In this document: positions 46,370 through 55,453 of the stretch, in pieces | Layout of the letters: every line of letters starts with the position of its first letter | How positions within the stretch are numbered: the first letter of the stretch is position 1 | Assembly (NCBI GenBank): GCA_964474405.1 | Contig: CAYYUV010000002.1 | Coordinates: forward strand, 19,349 to 83,348 | From: an uncultured Oscillospiraceae bacterium | Lineage (GTDB): Bacteria; Bacillota; Clostridia; Christensenellales; CAG-138 | Length of the DNA: 64,000 bases | Reading direction: 5' to 3' | Made by a program: the position numbers and the translations under genes | The notes under the pieces: generated by a model | The model's input: the letters and a program-made list of their open reading frames with translations, nothing else | What the model was told of the DNA's origin: nothing | Database searches by the model: none

Positions 46370-48223
46370 TTACTCGATCTTAATGCCGACGATCTTTGGC
46401 GTGACGGGGCTGCCGTCGAGCTTGCCGGTGGTGCCAACGACGATGTAGTTGCCAAACGCGGCGGGCGTGGCGTCGATCCGCGCGCCGAGCGACAGCGTTT
46501 CGCACAGCGGGTTGCCGCCCCGGGAGGCGTCATACAGCCTTACGTTGCCCGCGCGGTCGCACATGACCAGATAGGCGTCGCCGCGCTCGGAGTATATGAC
46601 CAGCGGCGAGGAGACAAAATCCGCGTTGCCAAGCTGCTCGATCGACCAGACGACCTCGCCCGAGACGCGGTCATAGGCCACAAGGCGGCCGCCGTATTGA
46701 TAGTTGGTGGCGCCGCTTGCATCGGCAATGGGGACACCCGCGCCGTAATAGGCGCAGATCAGCAGGTCGGAGATGCAGTTTCGGCCGATGTGCGGGGTGG
46801 ACTTGCTGCCGCTTTTGACGGTGCCGTCGCCAACGTAGCACGCCTGGGATTTTTGCCAGATGATCTCGCCGGTCATGCCGTTGATCTTGGAAACATAGCA
46901 ATAGCCGTAGCCGGTTGGCAGATCGCCCGACGCGGTCGTGGTCTGCGACATGGTATAGACATAGATTGTGCCGGACGCGCCGTCCTCCTCGATGACTGCG
47001 GAGGCGTCGCCGTCGCCGCCAATGCTGACCGCGAACTGGAGCTTGAGCGTGTTGACATCGATGCATTGGAGATAGCCGCCGTTGTCGGTCAGATACAGAT
47101 AGTTGCGAAACGCGGCGGGCGAGGATTCAAAGCCGTACCACAGCCGACCCGTGTCGTCTGACGAGGAATAGCCGCTGGCGGTATAGCGATATTTGATACG
47201 CTCGCCGGGGTTGATGGCGACGGTACCCGCGGCAGCGTCATAGCTGGTGTTGAGCTTGCAGGTATACAGCACGCCGGTCTCCGACGCATAGACAAGCGTG
47301 TCGGAAACGATCAGCGGGCTGGAATCGTATGCGTTCCAGCCGGAGCGCAGTGCAAAATAATCCTTGCCGCCAAACTCATAGACGACCTGATTGGTGATCA
47401 GGTTGACCGCGTACAGATAGGCGACCTTGTTGCCCTTGGTGTTGACCGCGGGATCGCCCTGACCGACATACAGCATCGGAAAGCCGTTCGGGTCCAGCGT
47501 CGGGGTGCCGAGCATCGTCGTGCCCACGGTGATGGGCTCGCGTGTTTTGGTGCCGGTGTCCAGCTCAAAGAAATAGATCTTGCCGTCCGAACACGGGTAG
47601 ATGACCTCGGTAAAGCCCTCGACCGTGCGGTAAGCGTCGCTGACGCCGAGCGTCGGAAGAACCGAAGCGTCCCATCGGATGATCAGCGGCTGACCTGTCC
47701 AGCCCATGCCCGAAAAGCTGCCGAGTGTTCCAACATTCTGCGACCATTTGCTGGTGAGCGTTTTGAGCGTCACCGCCGCCGTGCCGTAGGAGAAGGAATT
47801 GCGGTAGTTGTTGCCGCCAAAGGTCGTCACGCCCGCCACGGGGGTATAGCTGCCGGAGGTCGGAAACGACAGGCTGCCCGCGCTTGGATTGCTGTCATAC
47901 AGCGTGTCCTTGGTGCCGATGCGCACCTCCGAGGACAGCCCCGCCGTGCCGTTGCCCGAAACCGTAAAGGCGGCGTTGGGGTCGAGCGGCAGCATGGTGC
48001 GGGTGCCGGTCGAGCTCGACTGGGCAAGGGCGGGATCGGACGACGCCTCCGCCGTGCCCTCGGCGGGGAGCTGCAGCGTGCTTGCTTCCCTGGTTTGCTT
48101 GACATAGTCGCTGATGACATTGGCAAGCACAATCACGCCCACGACAAAAAACACCGTTACCAGCAGAAACAGGAAAAAACGGGGCTGGAATTTTCTGCGT
48201 TTTTTGTGCGACATCGCAAGCAT
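46370..48223 (-). CDS. Membrane-anchored PQQ-like beta-propeller repeat protein, paralogue 2
   Basis: Same architecture as 30757..32634 (basic N-terminus, TM helix, linker, propeller). Shared blocks include NYRN..SYGT, GWTGQPL, LDPNGFPMLYVGQGD. Confidence 0.7.
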   Translation of the reverse strand: MLAMSHKKRRKFQPRFFLFLLVTVFFVVGVIVLANVISDYVKQTREASTLQLPAEGTAEASSDPALAQSSSTGTRTMLPLDPNAAFTVSGNGTAGLSSEVRIGTKDTLYDSNPSAGSLSFPTSGSYTPVAGVTTFGGNNYRNSFSYGTAAVTLKTLTSKWSQNVGTLGSFSGMGWTGQPLIIRWDASVLPTLGVSDAYRTVEGFTEVIYPCSDGKIYFFELDTGTKTREPITVGTTMLGTPTLDPNGFPMLYVGQGDPAVNTKGNKVAYLYAVNLITNQVVYEFGGKDYFALRSGWNAYDSSPLIVSDTLVYASETGVLYTCKLNTSYDAAAGTVAINPGERIKYRYTASGYSSSDDTGRLWYGFESSPAAFRNYLYLTDNGGYLQCIDVNTLKLQFAVSIGGDGDASAVIEEDGASGTIYVYTMSQTTTASGDLPTGYGYCYVSKINGMTGEIIWQKSQACYVGDGTVKSGSKSTPHIGRNCISDLLICAYYGAGVPIADASGATNYQYGGRLVAYDRVSGEVVWSIEQLGNADFVSSPLVIYSERGDAYLVMCDRAGNVRLYDASRGGNPLCETLSLGARIDATPAAFGNYIVVGTTGKLDGSPVTPKIVGIKIE

Positions 48224-48352
48224 CCTTTCCGAGGCGGCAAAGCGGCCGCGCCGCCCGCCTCAAAGCCATATCGCCGGCCGTGCTGCGTATTAAAACAAAA
48301 AAAGGTGATAAAAAAAACACATCCGCATGGGTATATGCCCACATTTATATTA

Positions 48353-48384
48353 TAAAAGCCCTTCCTCGCCGCCGCAAGGAAGGG
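48353..48384 (-). terminator. Intrinsic terminator after the VanZ-like gene
   Basis: Minus strand: CCCUUCC...GGAAGGG followed by CUUUUAU. Confidence 0.55.
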
Positions 48385-48451
48385 AATGCAACGATTCCGT
48401 TACGATTTTATGAATTCTTCTGCGCCGACAGTGCGCCGCCCGGCCGCCGCG

Positions 48452-49180
48452 TTACGCGGCGCACGGAAGCTGCTCCGGGCGCTCTTTTGGAAAAGGGAGC
48501 GGGCTGCTCCCCGTGTAGCAATGCCATTTCTCGAGCAAGCGGGTGATAAACGGCACCTTCATCAGCAGCGCCGCCGCCGCCGCGCCGGAAAAATTGAGGA
48601 TAAAATCATCCACGTCACAGATGCCGCGGCCGGTCACAAGCTGACAAAGCTCAACCAAAATGATCAGCTCTGCCAGGAAAGGCAGCAGCAGCCGCAGCTT
48701 TCTCAGCGGCGGGAGGATACACGGCAGCAGCACCGCCATCGGCGCAAACAGCACAAGGTTGCCGAACAGGTTGTTGAATACCGACGTCCATGTAAAGACA
48801 TATTCGCCTGTCCGCCACTCGCCCACATAGGCAAGAATCGATGACAGCGGGATAAAGTTTGCGTCGTTGATGGTGTGGCGAATCTGTCCGCGTGCGCCCA
48901 GCAGCACCATGCTGACAAGCGCGAGCATGTAGTAGGCAAACAGCGCCCATAAGCTCACCAACACAACGTGCCGCTTTTCCCGCGGGGTCACGGCATATTT
49001 GCCGCGCAAAAAGGTCGCGGCCATCAGCGGGATGAGGAACAGAATCAGCTCCGCCGCCAGATATTTTTTGCTGCTGGCAGCGCCGTTGAGCATCAACAGC
49101 CCGCCAAACGCGACAAACAGCACGCCCGACAGGATGTAAAGCCCCAATACGATTTGCAGATACCATTTTCCTCTTTTCAT
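48452..49180 (-). CDS. VanZ-like membrane protein
   Basis: Preferred start MKRGKWYLQIVLG. Pattern NLFGNLVLFAPMAVLLP...GRGICDVDDFILNFSGA is typical of VanZ. Confidence 0.65.
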   Translation of the reverse strand: MKRGKWYLQIVLGLYILSGVLFVAFGGLLMLNGAASSKKYLAAELILFLIPLMAATFLRGKYAVTPREKRHVVLVSLWALFAYYMLALVSMVLLGARGQIRHTINDANFIPLSSILAYVGEWRTGEYVFTWTSVFNNLFGNLVLFAPMAVLLPCILPPLRKLRLLLPFLAELIILVELCQLVTGRGICDVDDFILNFSGAAAAALLMKVPFITRLLEKWHCYTGSSPLPFPKERPEQLPCAA

Positions 49181-49261
49181 ATCCCCATCATAACGGAAAA
49201 ATGTGTCGAAATTGTCACCGGTAAGCGAACGCTTTGTAGACAATGCGACAAAAAACGCAGA

Positions 49262-49375
49262 CGGGGCGGGCGGTGCGGCGGGCGGATGGTATCCGACCCT
49301 ACGGGGTTCGTGGGGAAGGGGCAAATCGCAACCCGGGGTGGGCGGCACGCCGGGCGGATGGTATCCGCCCCTACG
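49262..49375. repeat. Two copies of a 42-nt hairpin-containing (REP-like) intergenic repeat
   Basis: 49262-49303 and 49334-49375 are 37/42 identical. Each carries GGGCGGA-TGGTA-TCCGCCC (one mismatch in copy A). Copy B abuts the stop codon of the flavin reductase gene. Confidence 0.8.
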
Positions 49376-49868
49376 AGTAGGCCTTTAGCGTGGCGTAGCC
49401 GTTTTCGGCCAGCAGATGCGCCATGTCCGGGTTGCCGTGCGCCGCCTCTACCGACGCGATGAACAGCAGATGATCGCCCGCCTCCACGGTGTTTGTCACG
49501 CGGCATTCGAGGGCTACGCGGCTTTCCTTGACCAGCATCGGCGCGATTTTGTCCGACGGAATCAGCTCGATGCCGAAGGCCGCGGGCTTATCGACGTCGC
49601 GTCCGGAGCAGGTGCCGCAGCGGAACGCCGCCTCACGGAGGGCTTCGCCGGGCAGGCAGAGCGAGAACATGCCCGTTTGGCGGATCAGGGTGCCGCTGTA
49701 CCCGCGCTTGGACAGGCACGCGGCGATTGTCGGCGGGTTGTTGGACGCAAAGGTCCACCAGGACAGAGCCATAAGGTTCTGCCTGCCGTTCTCATCCGCG
49801 GTCACAACCAGCGCAAAGGGGTTGGGCGCGTTCAGCTTTTCCGCTTCGCCGATGGTGATGATCTTCAT
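49371..49868 (-). CDS. Flavin reductase-like (FMN-binding split-barrel) protein
   Basis: GGAGG RBS. NPFALVVTADENGRQNLMALSWWTFAS is typical of the flavin reductase domain. Confidence 0.75.
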   Translation of the reverse strand: MKIITIGEAEKLNAPNPFALVVTADENGRQNLMALSWWTFASNNPPTIAACLSKRGYSGTLIRQTGMFSLCLPGEALREAAFRCGTCSGRDVDKPAAFGIELIPSDKIAPMLVKESRVALECRVTNTVEAGDHLLFIASVEAAHGNPDMAHLLAENGYATLKAYS

Positions 49869-50017
49869 ATCTATATGTCCTCCTTAGGAATGTTGCTCCT
49901 ATCCTATTCTATTTTCGACGTTTTGTCCAGTCCGCCGCCTTGCGGTAAAAATGTCGCAGCGCGTCGGCTGTGCGTGGCCATCCGCAAAAATCCGCCAAAA
50001 AAACATTTCTGTGGGTA

Positions 50018-50045
50018 TTGCGAAAAGAAAACTATATGTTATAAT
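50018..50045 (+). promoter_or_regulatory. BMC operon promoter P1
   Basis: TTGCGA, 16-nt spacer, TGT-TATAAT (50040-50045). It shares an 18-nt identity with P2 (50037-50054 equals 56375-56392). Confidence 0.6.
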
Positions 50046-50136
50046 GAAGTCATCTGATGATTGAATGGTATAGGCAGGTGAGTGCGCAAGCATCTGCTGA
50101 ATACATGGACAAATAATCAAACGCAGAAGGTACCGA

Positions 50137-50790
50137 ATGAACGAGACTGAATGCAAGGCGCGGGTCCGTCAGGAGCTGCTGGCAAGGCACTATCAGCAGA
50201 CAGGGGAACTTTTGATCCCTGTCAGCGTGTCGAACCGGCATGTTCATCTGGACGAGCCGGCGCTTTCTGTTTTGTTCGGGCAAGGGTATGCGCTGACACA
50301 TCAAAAGGATCTGGTGCAGCTTGGCCAGTACGCCTGTCGGGAGACGGTGACCCTGCGCGGGCCGAAGGGCGATATTGATAAGGTGCGCGTTCTGGGGCCG
50401 CTGCGCAAAGAGACGCAGGTTGAGGTCAGCCGGACGGACTGCTTTAAGCTTGGCATACCGCCGGTGCTGAAAATGTCCGGCGATTTGGATGGGACGCCGG
50501 GGCTGACGCTCGTGGGTCCGCGCGGCACGCTGACGCTTGCGCGCGGCGCGATGGTCGCCATGCGCCATCTGCATGTGCATACGTCGCAGGCGGATGTGCT
50601 CGGCCTCCATAACGGGGATTCGGTCTCCGTCATCACCACCGGCGAGCGGCCGATGGTCATGATGCAGGTGATCGTGCGTGTGTCGGACGGCGCGCTGCTT
50701 GAGGCGCATGTGGATACCGATGAGGCCAACGCCTCCGGCATCCGCAACGACATGTTGTGCCGCATCGTCAAGGAAGGGGCGGCATCATGA
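50137..50790 (+). CDS. pduL: Phosphate propanoyl/acyl-transferase PduL
   Basis: Duplicated PduL motifs (VSNRHVHL..., MRHLHVHT...); GPKGDIDKVRVLGP. Confidence 0.9.
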   Translation: MNETECKARVRQELLARHYQQTGELLIPVSVSNRHVHLDEPALSVLFGQGYALTHQKDLVQLGQYACRETVTLRGPKGDIDKVRVLGPLRKETQVEVSRTDCFKLGIPPVLKMSGDLDGTPGLTLVGPRGTLTLARGAMVAMRHLHVHTSQADVLGLHNGDSVSVITTGERPMVMMQVIVRVSDGALLEAHVDTDEANASGIRNDMLCRIVKEGAAS

Positions 50791-51377
50791 CGGGACAGCG
50801 GACGAAAAGCCTGATTTTGATTCCGGACTATATGAGCGTCAGGAGCATTCACGGCCAGCCGTCGGATGCGCTGATTGTGGGGGATCCCGACAAGGTGCCG
50901 GGTGAGCTGCGCACCGACAGGTTTTTGGACGTGACGGACGCCGCGTCGCGGCGGACAGTCGTGCAGATGGTGCCCGAGGTGGCACGGGCTGCCGTGGTAA
51001 CACCGTCTATGGCGTTCTACCGCCGCGTGTTTGAGCTGCGGGACGACTGCTTTTTTGCGGATCTGACCGCGCGCCTGCTTGCGACGGGCGCACACGTTTC
51101 GATCGTATCCGGCATGCAGCGCGTGCGCGTGCCGAAGCGTGCCGCCGAATGGCTCAGGGAGCTGAGCGCGGACGGCGCCAGGATCGTCTTTGAGGACGCG
51201 CCCGAAACGACGGGCGGAGCGCCGGAACTCATAACCGCAGCCGATGTGGCGGCTTGCGGACGGCAGGGAAGAAAAGAGCTGCTGGCCGCGCCGCGCGCGA
51301 TCGTAACCCCGGCCGCCCGGGATGAGGCGAAGGAACGGGGTATCACCATTTTGACAGGTACGGGAGGGCTTATATGA
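50787..51377 (+). CDS. BMC-locus protein of unknown function (196 aa)
   Basis: ATGA overlaps with both neighbours. The C-terminal ~40 aa reads ITAADVAACGRQGRKELLAAPRAIVTPAARDEAKERGITI. No enzymatic motif recognised. Confidence 0.6.
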   Translation: MTGQRTKSLILIPDYMSVRSIHGQPSDALIVGDPDKVPGELRTDRFLDVTDAASRRTVVQMVPEVARAAVVTPSMAFYRRVFELRDDCFFADLTARLLATGAHVSIVSGMQRVRVPKRAAEWLRELSADGARIVFEDAPETTGGAPELITAADVAACGRQGRKELLAAPRAIVTPAARDEAKERGITILTGTGGLI

Positions 51378-51949
51378 TTCTTGCAGTGGTCAAAGGCAAC
51401 GTGGTCAGCACGAACAAGACGGAAAAGCTGCAGGGCGGCAAGCTGCTGATCGTTGAGGAATGGAACGTCGACACCAAAGAGGCCTCCGGCCAGCCGCGCG
51501 TCGCGCTGGATCTGGTCGGCGCGGGCGAGGGCGAGCTGGTGATGTGCGTGTGCGGCAGCAGCGCGCGCCAGACCGAGGAAACGGACAAGCGCCCCGTGGA
51601 CATGGCCATCATCGGCATTGTCGATCAGGCGGAGATGAACGGCGTTACCTGCTATAAAAAGTATCGTTCCGCAGAGGAAAAAGCGGCGGATCAGGCGGCT
51701 CAAACGGCGGCGTCCCGCATCGAAAAGCCGGTGCCGGCGGTGACAAAGCCCGCGGAGAAGGCGGCCGCCATCCCGGCAGCGCCTGTGGGCGAGCCGTCGA
51801 TGGACGACAACCGGCGCGAGGCCGAGAAGGCGGCGGAGCGGTTTCGCCAGATCCTGTCCGCAAGCAACGAGCAGCTTAAGAACGCGGACGCGGCCGCGCA
51901 GACGCATCCCAAGGCAAAAAAGCCCGCTGCGCCGGGAATGAAAAAATAG
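51374..51949 (+). CDS. BMC-P (EutN/CcmL/PduN pentamer) with ~100-aa C-terminal extension
   Basis: MILAVVKGNVVSTNKTEKLQGGKLLIV...VDMAIIGIVD is an EutN fold. An Ala/Lys/Glu/Pro-rich tail follows. Confidence 0.8.
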   Translation: MILAVVKGNVVSTNKTEKLQGGKLLIVEEWNVDTKEASGQPRVALDLVGAGEGELVMCVCGSSARQTEETDKRPVDMAIIGIVDQAEMNGVTCYKKYRSAEEKAADQAAQTAASRIEKPVPAVTKPAEKAAAIPAAPVGEPSMDDNRREAEKAAERFRQILSASNEQLKNADAAAQTHPKAKKPAAPGMKK

Positions 51950-52020
51950 GAAGGCGTTTGGAACCGGCACAATATTTGGACAGAAGAACGAAGAGTTTGG
52001 ATAAAAGAGGGTAGAAGCGA

Positions 52021-53421
52021 ATGCTGTCACAGGAACAAATCGAAAAGATCGTGGCTGACGTGGTACAGCAGATGCATCGGGGCGAAGAAGCGGAACAAGC
52101 GCCGACCAGCTGCTTCTTTGACGACATGGACGCCTGCGTCGCGGCGGCCGTTGCGGCACAAAAGGCGTTTGTGCGGCTCGGCATGGAAAAACGCCGCAAG
52201 ATCGTCGAGGCCATGCGTGCGGCTGCACGCGAGCATGTGGACACGCTTGCCAAGGCAGCGTTTGAGGAAACCCATTACGGCTCTGTTGCGCACAAGACGG
52301 CCAAGTGCCTGCTTGCGGCGGATAAGACGCCCGGCGTGGAGGATCTTGAGACGCGCGCCATCACCGGCGACGACGGTTTGACACTGATCTTTCCGGCACC
52401 GTTCGGCGTGATCGGATCGATCACCCCTTCCACCAACCCCGTTGCCACCGTCATCAACAACGGCATCAGCATGACGGCAGGGGGCAACACGGTGGTGTTC
52501 TCCCCCCATCCGGCGGCAAAGAAATGCTCAGCCATGGCCATCGAGGTGCTGAACCATGCCGCGCTTTCGGCGGGCGCGCCCGCGCCGCTGCTGTTTGCGG
52601 CGAAGGAGCCCTCCATCGAGGCGTCGCAGCGCATGATGGCGCATCCGGCGATCCGCCTGCTGTCGGTCACCGGTGGCTCTGCCATTGTTGATATGGCGAT
52701 GAAAACAGGCAAGAAGGTCATCGGCGCAGGCCCCGGCAACCCGCCAGTCATTGTCGATGAGACCGCAAATATCGAAAGAGCCGCCCGGGATATCGCGGAT
52801 GGCGCCACGTTTGAGAACAACGTTCCCTGCATCTCCGAGAAGGAGACCTTCGTGGTTGAGAGCGTCGGAAACGACCTGGTCAAAGGGCTTGTCAAGGCCG
52901 GCGGCCAGCTGCTTGACTGCGGACAGACCGAAAAGCTTTTGAAGACGGTCTTGATCGAGAAGGACGGAAAATATACCATCAACCGCGATTTTGTCGGCCG
53001 TGACGCCGCATATCTGCTCAGGAGCGCGGGCATCCCCGTGCAGGGCGAGCCGCGGCTGGTTGTGACGATCACCAAGCGGGATCATCCGTTTGTGACGACC
53101 GAGATGCTGATGCCGGTCATGCCGGTGGTCTACGTCAAGAATGTGGATGAGGCGATCGCCTGCGCGGTCGAGGCCGAGCACGGCTGTCATCACTCGGCGC
53201 ATATGCATTCCACCAACATTGAAAATCTTTCCAAGGCCAGCGCCGCGCTCGATACCACGATCTTTGTCAAGAACGGGCCGTCCTACGCGGGCATCGGCTT
53301 TGGCGGCGAGGGCTTTACCACGTTTACCATCGCTACGCCGACCGGCGAAGGCCTCACGAGCGCGCGCACGTTCACAAGGACACGGCGCTGCACGCTCCGC
53401 GGCACGTTCAACATGCTGTAA
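52021..53421 (+). CDS. CoA-acylating aldehyde dehydrogenase (PduP/EutE family) with N-terminal encapsulation peptide
   Basis: Amphipathic MLSQEQIEKIVADVVQQM. Catalytic segment ENNVPCISEKE; 466 aa. Confidence 0.9.
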   Translation: MLSQEQIEKIVADVVQQMHRGEEAEQAPTSCFFDDMDACVAAAVAAQKAFVRLGMEKRRKIVEAMRAAAREHVDTLAKAAFEETHYGSVAHKTAKCLLAADKTPGVEDLETRAITGDDGLTLIFPAPFGVIGSITPSTNPVATVINNGISMTAGGNTVVFSPHPAAKKCSAMAIEVLNHAALSAGAPAPLLFAAKEPSIEASQRMMAHPAIRLLSVTGGSAIVDMAMKTGKKVIGAGPGNPPVIVDETANIERAARDIADGATFENNVPCISEKETFVVESVGNDLVKGLVKAGGQLLDCGQTEKLLKTVLIEKDGKYTINRDFVGRDAAYLLRSAGIPVQGEPRLVVTITKRDHPFVTTEMLMPVMPVVYVKNVDEAIACAVEAEHGCHHSAHMHSTNIENLSKASAALDTTIFVKNGPSYAGIGFGGEGFTTFTIATPTGEGLTSARTFTRTRRCTLRGTFNML

Positions 53422-53489
53422 GCACAGCGGACGCACAGGCATTTGACGGGCTCACCCCGTAAACACGCAGGGCAGAAGGAGAGGGTTAC

Positions 53490-54797
53490 ATGGTCATTCA
53501 CGATAAATGTAAGGCGGCGGGGGTCGTCGGCGCAGGCGGCGCCGGGTTCCCCACGCATGCAAAGCTGAACTGCAAGGCCGACATCGTCATCGGCAACGGC
53601 GCGGAGTGCGAGCCGCTGTTGCGCGTTGACCAGCAGCTGATGAAGAACGAGCCGGATCTTGTCGTCGAGGGCATGCGCTGCGCCATGGAGGCTTGCGGCG
53701 CCAAGCAGGGTCGGATCTGCATCAAGGGCAAGCATAAGGAGGCCGTCGAGGCGCTAAAGGCCGCCTGTGAAAAGGTGAGCGGCATCGAGGTGTTTGTTCT
53801 CAACGATTATTATCCGGCGGGCGACGAGCAGCAGATGGTCTATGACGTGACCGGGCGTATCGTGCCGGTTGGCGGCATCCCGATCGACGCGGGCGCCGTC
53901 GTGCAGAACGTTTCCACACTTAAGAACATCGCGCTGGCGCAGCGGGATATCCCCGTCACGCATAAGCGCCTGACCGTCACCGGCGCGGTTGGCCATCCGA
54001 TGACCATTGATGCGCCGATCGGCATGTCGCTGAGGGACTGCATCCGCATGGCGGGCGGCCCTGAGGATGAGGAGGGCTACGGCCTGATCTGCGGCGGGCC
54101 GATGATGGGCTTTGTCGAAAAGAATTGGGACAACGTCGTCACCAAGACGACCGGCGGCCTGATCGTGCTGCCGAAGGATCACCCGCATTTTCTCCGTAAA
54201 TCCGCACCGCAGGCGTTTAATCGCAAGCTGGCCAAAGCGGTCTGCTGTCAGTGCATGAGCTGCACCTCAATGTGCCCGAGAAACGCGTTGGGACTCGGCG
54301 TCAAGCCGCACCTGGCCATGCGCGCCGCCGCGGGCGGTGGAACGTATGAGGACAACGGGCTGTTCTCCTGCTGCAACTGCGGCATCTGTTCCTACTATGC
54401 CTGCCCGTTCGGGCTTTCGCCGTCCACCATCATGACGGAGGCAAAGACCGCCATGGCGCAGTCCGGCAAAAAGCCCGTCAAGACGCAGCCCGCGCGTGCG
54501 CACCAATTTCGTGAATACGGCAAGGTGCCGGTACGCCGCCTCGTTGCGCGGCTGGGACTCAAGGCATACGACGTACCCGCACCGCTCTATCAGGGCGAGA
54601 TCCGCCCGGGCGAGGTGCGCATCCCGATGAAAATGCACATCGGCGCGCCGTGCGAGCCGGTCGTGACCGTGGGCTCCGCGGTCAAATGCGGCGACGTCAT
54701 CGCAAAGATTCCCGAAGGAAAGCTCGGCGTGGATATCCACGCCTCCATCGACGGACAGATCCGCGCCATCGAAAATGGCTGCATCGTGATCGGATAA
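53490..54797 (+). CDS. PduS/RnfC-like flavin and Fe-S electron-transfer protein
   Basis: GAGGAGFPTH, an SLBB-like segment, and two Cys clusters (CCQCMSCTSMCP, CCNCGICSYYCP). Confidence 0.8.
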   Translation: MVIHDKCKAAGVVGAGGAGFPTHAKLNCKADIVIGNGAECEPLLRVDQQLMKNEPDLVVEGMRCAMEACGAKQGRICIKGKHKEAVEALKAACEKVSGIEVFVLNDYYPAGDEQQMVYDVTGRIVPVGGIPIDAGAVVQNVSTLKNIALAQRDIPVTHKRLTVTGAVGHPMTIDAPIGMSLRDCIRMAGGPEDEEGYGLICGGPMMGFVEKNWDNVVTKTTGGLIVLPKDHPHFLRKSAPQAFNRKLAKAVCCQCMSCTSMCPRNALGLGVKPHLAMRAAAGGGTYEDNGLFSCCNCGICSYYACPFGLSPSTIMTEAKTAMAQSGKKPVKTQPARAHQFREYGKVPVRRLVARLGLKAYDVPAPLYQGEIRPGEVRIPMKMHIGAPCEPVVTVGSAVKCGDVIAKIPEGKLGVDIHASIDGQIRAIENGCIVIG

Positions 54798-54813
54798 GGG
54801 AGGTTGGCAACTT

Positions 54814-55359
54814 ATGGAAGCATTGGGAATGGTCGAACTCAACAGCATCTCGCAGGGAATTCTGGCGGCGGATGCGATCCTGAAGGCCGCGAACGTAACC
54901 ATCGTACGCGCGCAGCCGGTCTGCCCGGGCAAGTATATCGTCATCGTCAACGGCAGCGTCGCGGATGTGAAGGCCTCCGTCGAGGCCGGGAGCGAAGCCG
55001 CCGCGGAGCATCTGCTGGACAGCATGATCATCCCGCGCGTGCATGAGGACGTGATCCGCGCGATGAGCGGGTGCGTCGATCTTGCGGGCGTGGCCGCGCT
55101 CGGCGTGATCGAAACCTATTCGCTGGCGCAGGCGCTTTTGTCCGCCGACGCCGCGGTCAAATCCGCGGATGTCGCGCTGATGGAGATCCGGCTTGGCACG
55201 GGCCTTGGCGGAAAGTCGTTTGTGCTGCTGACCGGCAGCGTATCGGCTGCACGCGCCGCCGTACAGGCGGGCGTGGGCGAGCGGGGGGACGACGGCATGG
55301 TCGTCAGCTCCGTGGTCATTCCGGCTCCGCATCCGGAGCTGACCCAGGCGCTGCAATAA
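54814..55359 (+). CDS. BMC-T tandem-domain shell protein (PduT-like)
   Basis: Two BMC domains (EALGMVELNS..., AALGVIETYS...). A Cys in PVCPGKY aligns with the PduT Fe-S ligand motif (TICPGKF). Confidence 0.85.
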   Translation: MEALGMVELNSISQGILAADAILKAANVTIVRAQPVCPGKYIVIVNGSVADVKASVEAGSEAAAEHLLDSMIIPRVHEDVIRAMSGCVDLAGVAALGVIETYSLAQALLSADAAVKSADVALMEIRLGTGLGGKSFVLLTGSVSAARAAVQAGVGERGDDGMVVSSVVIPAPHPELTQALQ

Positions 55360-55453
55360 GCGGCGGCTCGGTTTTTTGAGGACGGAACCCAACAGCAGGG
55401 TCCCGCGGACATGATTCCCTGAAGGACGCACAGGCGAAAGGAGAGCGAACCCT

